This document shows positions 57,940 through 64,000 of a DNA stretch of 64,000 nt, in pieces. Source of the DNA: Eledone cirrhosa (taxonomy: Eukaryota); assembly GCA_964016885.1 (NCBI GenBank), contig OZ024756.1, positions 39,556,001 to 39,620,000 on the forward strand, in the 5' to 3' direction. How positions within the stretch are numbered: position 1 is the first letter of the stretch; each line of letters opens with the position of its first letter. The notes under the pieces were generated by a model. The model was given only the letters and a program-made list of their open reading frames with translations, made no database searches and had not been told where the DNA came from. Position numbers and translations under genes: made by a program.

Positions 57940-59660
57940 TTGTTGGTGGTGATGGTGATGGTGGTGGTGGTGGTGGTGATGGTGGTGGTGTTGGTGGTGA
58001 TGGTGATGGTGGTGGTGTTGGTGGTGATGGTGGTGGTGTTGGTGGTGATGGTGATGGTGGTGGTGTTGGTGGTGATGGTGGTGGTGTTGGTGGTGATGGT
58101 GATGGTATCAGTGGTAGTGGTGTCAGTGGTGGTGGTATTAGTGGTGGTGGTATCAGTAGTAGTGGTGTCAGTGGTGGTGGTATTAGTGGTGGTGGTATCA
58201 ATAGTAGTGGTGTCAGTGGTGGTGGTATTAGTGGTGGCGATATCAGTGGTAGTGGTGTCAGTGGTGGTGGTATTAGTGGTGGCGATATCAGTGGTGTCAG
58301 TGGTAGTGATATCAGTAGTAGTGGTGTCAGTGGTAGTGGTATTAGTGGTGAGGGTATTAGTGGTAGTGATATCAGTAGTAGTGGTGTTAGTGGTGGTGAT
58401 ATCAGTGGTGTCAGTGGTAGTGATATCAGTGGTGTCAGTGGTAGTGATATCAGTGGTAGTGGTGTTAGTGGTAGTGATATCAGTAGTAGTGGTGTTAGTG
58501 GTGGTGATATCAGTAGTAGTGGTGTCAGTGGTAGTGATATCAGTGGTGTCAGTGGTAGTGATATCAGTGGTAGTGGTGTCAGTGGTAGTGATATCAGTGG
58601 TAGTGGTGTCAGTGGTAGTGATATCAGTGGTAGTGGTGTCAGTGGTAGTGATATCAGTGGTAGTGGTGTTAGTGGTAGTGATATCAGTAGTAGTGGTGTT
58701 AGTGGTGGTGATATCAGTGGTGTCAGTGATAGTGATATCAGTGGTGTCAGTGGTAGTGATATCAGTGGTAGTGGTGTTAGTGGTAGTGATATCAGTGGTA
58801 GTGGTGTCAGTGGTAGTGATATCAGTGGTAGTGGTGTCAGTGGTAGTGATATCAGTGGTAGTGGTGTCAGTGGTAGTGGTGTCAGTGGTAGTGATATCAG
58901 TGGTAGTGGTGTCAGTGGTGGTGATATCAGTAGTAGTGGTGTCAGTGGTAGTGATATCAGTGGTAGTGGTGTCAGTGGTAGTGGTGTCAGTGGTAGTGAT
59001 ATCAGTGGTAGTGGTGTCAGTGGTGGTGATATCAGTAGTAGTGGTGTCAGTGGTAGTGATATCAGTGGTAGTGGTGTCAGTGGTAGTGATATCAGTGGTG
59101 TCAGTGGTAGTGATATCAGTGGTGTCAGTGGTAGTGATATCAGTGGTAGTGATATCAGTGGTAGTGGTGTCAGTGGTAGTGATATCAGTGGTAGTGGTGT
59201 CAGTGGTGGTGATATCAGTGGTAGTGGTGTCAGTGGTGGTGATATCAGTAGTAGTGGTGTCAGTGGTAGTGATATCAGTGGTAGTGGTGTCAGTGGTAGT
59301 GATATCAGTGGTAGTGGTGTCAGTGGTGGTGATATCAGTAGTAGTGGTGTCAGTGGTAGTGATATCAGTGGTGTCAGTGGTAGTGATATCAGTGGTAGTG
59401 GTGTCAGTGGTAGTGATATCAGTGGTGTCAGTGGTAGTGATATCAGTGGTGTCAGTGGTGGTGATATCAGTAGTAGTGGTGTCAGTGGTAGTGATATCAG
59501 TGGTGTCAGTGATAGTGATATCAGTGGTGTCAGTGGTAGTGATATCAGTGGTAGTGGTGTCAGTGGTAGTGATATCAGTGGTAGTGGTGTCAGTGGTAGT
59601 GATATCAGTGGTAGTGATATCAGTGGTAGTGATATCAGTGGTAGTGATATCAGTGGTATG
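57940..59660 (+). repeat. 1.7-kb GGT-derived minisatellite (15-bp GATATCAGTGGTAGT / GGTGTCAGTGGTAGT units)
   Basis: Direct reading; stop-free in several frames because of unit composition. Confidence 0.95.
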
Positions 59661-60994
59661 AGTGGTATCCGTTGTTTTAATTATTTAAATGAACGAAATA
59701 AATAAACCAATAATGTCAAACAAAAATCCATATTAGACGGAAAATAGTAAAAGGAAAACATTTTGGCAAAAGTAAAAAATATTAATATTCCTTGCCAACG
59801 TTGTGTCGTCATGACAGCAAATATAGAGATGTTCAGAATTTTATTAAAAAGTCCTAGAAAGGGCCGTTTTATCTTTTTAATATTTTCTTTTTTTGTGGAG
59901 GCGGGGTCGGAGGGGCAGGCGAGGGATTTTCTATAATGCCTTCCCTGATTCCACAGAAACAAAACATCACGAGTGACTTTCATTTTCATTATTCTAAATA
60001 TCATCTCATCACTTCTGAATATTTATCTCCCATGAGGGTGTTAATCGTCCAATTAGAACACAATTCCCGTTTACTGTTTGTAATTAACAATTAAAGTCGT
60101 ATAATCAATAGTCAATATATTGATTTAATGCTTGTAATCAACTTACACCGTATACAGGCCTTGCCTCTTCTCTCCCTATTGCCGCGGAAAAACATTTAAA
60201 TTCTATTCGAAATATTTTTCACTTTCCTTCTCCCAACTGTAATTCAATCTCCAAACATATCAGAACTAATTGGACTTTAGCATAAATTTCCTTTGCCGTT
60301 AACTCTGCTAGCAGTTAATATTTATTCCCGAGTCGAAAATGAAAATTTAGCCATCACGAAATATGCAGTTAGTTATTCCTTCAGCAATCGTCCTTGTTTT
60401 CAGCATAGCTCAACACTGCATACAGTGTTTCTAGAACATATGCTGTAGTGGGATAATTTCAATTTAAATTATCTGCTGTATATGAGGAGTTAAATTCAGT
60501 TCCTCCCGTTAGTGGGTAGCCCTGTCTCTAACAGGGCTACCCACGAACGTAGTCGTTCTGGATTCATCTGCTTTCCATATTGTTCTTCCAACTTCTGTAA
60601 CAATAAGTAGACCCCGTCACTCGTCTTATCGTTGATGTACATAAATAGTTGTTTCACTACAGAATAGCCTTGGCTGTTTGTTCGATATGCGTGGTATTAT
60701 ACCCCTTAAATTGCAAGGGTAGACCAAAGAACGACTAAATTTTATCAGAACTTGATTTTGTTTTATTACAAGTATTATTCTGTAAAGTTTAAAGGATTTA
60801 AACAGGGAGACGTATTACTATTTTAATTCAAAGGGCCATTAATATGGATTACGTTTGCTAGAACAAGATCATTAGTATGGTTACTTATGAACCGTAGGAG
60901 ATAATATTCGGTATTTTGGGTTTAACTAAGTATAACTCAATCTTTTGAACTAGGGAGTAAATTGAAAGTGACACCAAAACTGTTATGATGTGAT

Positions 60995-61205
60995 GATTTG
61001 TTCTAACATTAGCACGAAAGCGTCTATAATGGGTAAAAGGCCAACATTGATCAAATCAACCCCAATACATGACAGATACTTTATTTTATGAATCTCAGAA
61101 GGATGAAAAACGAAGTTGATTTCAGCGGGATTTGACCTCAGAATGTAAAGAGTGAGAACAAACACTGCATAACATTTTGTACGTATCTCAAACTACCACT
61201 CCACC
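60995..61205 (-). mobile_element. Old diverged SINE A copy
   Basis: Degenerate core GAAGGATGAAAAACGAAGTTGATTTCAGCGGGATTTGACCTCAGAA. Confidence 0.7.
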
Positions 61206-62268
61206 TTCTTTTTTATGAAAATAGATGCACATCAACAGCGATATGCAGTAAGACTTCTAATTTGTGTCTCTTTCTCCCCCTCTCTCACCCTCTATCTTCC
61301 CTATCCCCCCTCCTTTCTCTCTCTCTCTCTCTCTCTCTCAATCTCTCTCTCTATCTAACTATCTATGGTTATCTCTCTGAAATAACCTGGACGAACTTAG
61401 CGACACAGACACAAGTTTGCACGCATATCACGTTCAGATAGTTTCTATTCCATGGAAACATTTTCGAATATATAATTAACAGTGACATATGATTACCTTT
61501 CTTTTTCTACGTCGTAGCTTTAAATGGCTTTAACAAGACTTTGAGACCTTCCATTAGTCTGTATTGAGTTACAGACGTTTTATATTCTTTGCTGTTAATT
61601 TTTATATTGAGACATCTTTTCCAATACAATTGTTAACGAAACATTGATATTTGTTGTGGACAGAATACGATATGTTATCCTTTCATTCTTTCCTATCATC
61701 AACCAAACAACTTATTATTTTTATTATTAAACTAGTGACATCCAACGAAACGAAACGATTGTTTCGCAAACCTGTCCTGATTTAACAAATTTCCGGTGTT
61801 TCAGTAGTTGGTAATAGAGCAACAATGTTGTCAATCAATAAATCTGTTGTATTATTTTTTCCATCTGTTTTATAATTACACACATCTGTGACATCTTCAG
61901 TGATTATTATGTTTCCAAATATAACAATATCTGTTTCAACACAAGATTTCATATCAAAACCCTTGCAAGACCAATACATCGCCGCTGTAGTCCTGACTGT
62001 TGAGTCTAAAGTCCCTTGAGAAGGTAATATGGAGTGGGTTCATGAAATATGGGTTTGGGGAAGGCAGTGTATATTTCAGCCAGTTAAAATAGGATGTCAT
62101 GGCTATGTGGCTAGATTCATTATCTGGCTGGTATTGGACTTGGAATGGAGAGTAGAGAGGTGACTGAAGGAATAAGGAGAGGCGGGGACATCTTCATCAT
62201 AGAGAGGTAAAATCATATAAGTGAAAGACCGGCATTGAGAGTAAACCCTCAGCCAGGAGTAAATACTA

Positions 62269-62456
62269 TAATTATTTCTACTTTTTGGCGCAAGGCCAGA
62301 AATTATCTCAGTGTATTACTGGTACTTTATTTTATCGACCCCCGTAAGGATGAAAGGCAAAGTTAACCTCGGCGGGATTTGAACTCAGACCATAAAAGGC
62401 CGTAACTCTTTGCTGCAAAGCATAGCGTCCGACCCTCTACCGATACTGCCAATCCA
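62269..62456 (-). mobile_element. SINE family A
   Basis: Head, core and tail. Confidence 0.9.
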
Positions 62457-62891
62457 GTGGTTACAAGGACATCACTATTTTGGTGATGGTGGCATAGATG
62501 GCCACGGAAAAATGTGCTCCAGAATGGCCAATGAAGCCAGAATATTTCCTGATGGCATCAACGATGTTGGTTAGAGCTAGAGGGAGAAATACTGAGAACA
62601 AGTGTTGGAATTAATTATATATCCCGTCGAGAGCTGATTATAGAAAGTTGTGTAGGGGGAGGAGAATGTAGCAGATATAGATATATGGGGGCGTGTGTAT
62701 GTGCGCGTGTGTATGTGTGTGTATTCGTGTGTATGTGTATGTGTGTGTACATATACATGTATGTGTAAATATATGTGTATTACACAGGCACAAACAAAAT
62801 ACACAAACACATGTATAGATATATATATATATACATGTGTGTGTGAAGATATATGTATACACACAAACAAACATATATATATATATATGTG

Positions 62892-62975
<84 letters not shown>

Positions 62976-62978
<3 letters not shown>

Positions 62979-63562
62979 TCATCATCATCATCATCAACGT
63001 TTAACGTCCGTGTTCCACGCTTGCATGGGTTTGGACGGGGGTAGTCCCACTTGAGGCAAGAGTGATTGTCTTGCTCGCATAGGACTGTCTGGCAGGTTTT
63101 CTACAGTTGGATGCCCTTCCTAACACCAACCACATTTACAGTGTGGGTCTGGGAGGTTTTTACCGTGTTGCCTACACGGCCACATTACAGCGTGGACTGT
63201 GTGTTTTTTTGTCGTGACACCTACACGATCTCATTTGTTTCGGCCTGGATGGCGCGGCACCAACATAACTTTACATGGAACGGGGTGGTGTGGATGGGGT
63301 GGGGGTGGTGGCGGGACGGGGTGTATTTTGTTAGAGATGCCTACTGGCAAGGCGGGTCTTCTCTGTTACTGAGTACCGCCAAAGGTCTCGGTCCAGTGAC
63401 ATTGTCTTGGAGAGGTGTAAGTGTGTGAGGTCGGAGTTTATCAGCTCGTCCCATGTTTTTCTAGGTCTGCCTATTCCGTGGCTACCGTCTATCTTTATTG
63501 CCCTGCACTTTGTTATACAGCTATCGACTTTCATGCGCATCACGTGTCCATACCAACGCAGC
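62976..63562 (-). mobile_element. RTE-clade LINE 3' end (further family) with 3'UTR and (GAT)n tail
   Basis: [10 protein letters not shown]...[21 protein letters not shown]...DRDLWR; about 330-bp UTR; embedded in (TA)n. Confidence 0.9.
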
Positions 63563-63597
<35 letters not shown>

Positions 63598-63646
63598 GTG
63601 TATATATATATGTGTATATATATACATATATATATATATGTATATA

Positions 63647-63699
<53 letters not shown>

Positions 63700-63704
<5 letters not shown>

Positions 63705-64000
63705 GATAAGCAGAACAAGTAAAATTCAATCAATTTTTCAAAATACATTAAAAAATATAATATAAATATTTACCTCTTCTAGTGGCCCTTACTGATCAGT
63801 TTCGCTTTGTAAAACCTCATAAATCCGATGGATTTATGATGGAAAACCAAAGCTCATCAGAGAAGCATTTTCCCTTCCTAGGGCTAAACGTCCCAGGAAC
63901 GACAAAATATACAACCTCCTGCCAGCTAATAAAGGTCTGAAAGGTCGTAAAAGTGACCCGTATGTAAACTGGACCGAAGTAAAAGCGGGAAAATCAAAGA
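63700..64000 (-). mobile_element. Penelope-like/retrozyme-like element family F8 (runs off the window)
   Basis: HHR followed by a T-rich end abutting (TA)n. Confidence 0.65.
63785..63866 (-). ncRNA. Type I hammerhead ribozyme with extended stem II and palindromic stem III
   Basis: uucu-CUGAUGA-gcuuug[long hairpin]caaagc-GAAAC-ugauca-GUA|aggg; intact core. Confidence 0.85.

Noticed and set aside
57837-59705. 622-aa Gly/Ser-rich and 583-aa Val-rich ORFs as genes
   Set aside because: Both overlap one minisatellite that is stop-free in several frames, use non-ATG starts and have no non-repetitive domain.
61960-62240. Decayed CR1-like LINE 3' end on the minus strand
   Set aside because: Only faint peptide resemblance; cannot be supported without alignment.

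Overview
This is AT-rich eukaryotic (animal) genomic DNA, not prokaryotic. The very high density of (TA)n/(CA)n/(GA)n/(GATA)n microsatellites and the tRNA-derived SINE families resemble octopus/cephalopod DNA; the taxon is inferred from repeat style and is unconfirmed. Most ORFs in the supplied track are microsatellite artefacts. One convincing host coding region is present: a 451-aa intron-free ORF at 26376-27731, function unknown. The rest is a retroelement landscape: about 27 copies of one tRNA-SINE (several with 11-19 bp TSDs), CORE-like SINEs, RTE LINE fragments, two R4/Dong-type 3' ends in (TAA)n, a non-autonomous Helitron and four large minisatellites. The most striking pattern is about ten distinct families of short Penelope-like/retrozyme-like elements, most embedded in (TA)n tracts. 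Most carry complete, variant or half hammerhead ribozyme (HHR) motifs, and many are inserted as head-to-head foldbacks whose junctions fall in or next to the ribozyme. Some foldbacks join two different families, and one encloses a Penelope ORF fragment. All alignments and folds were done by eye, so boundaries are approximate.
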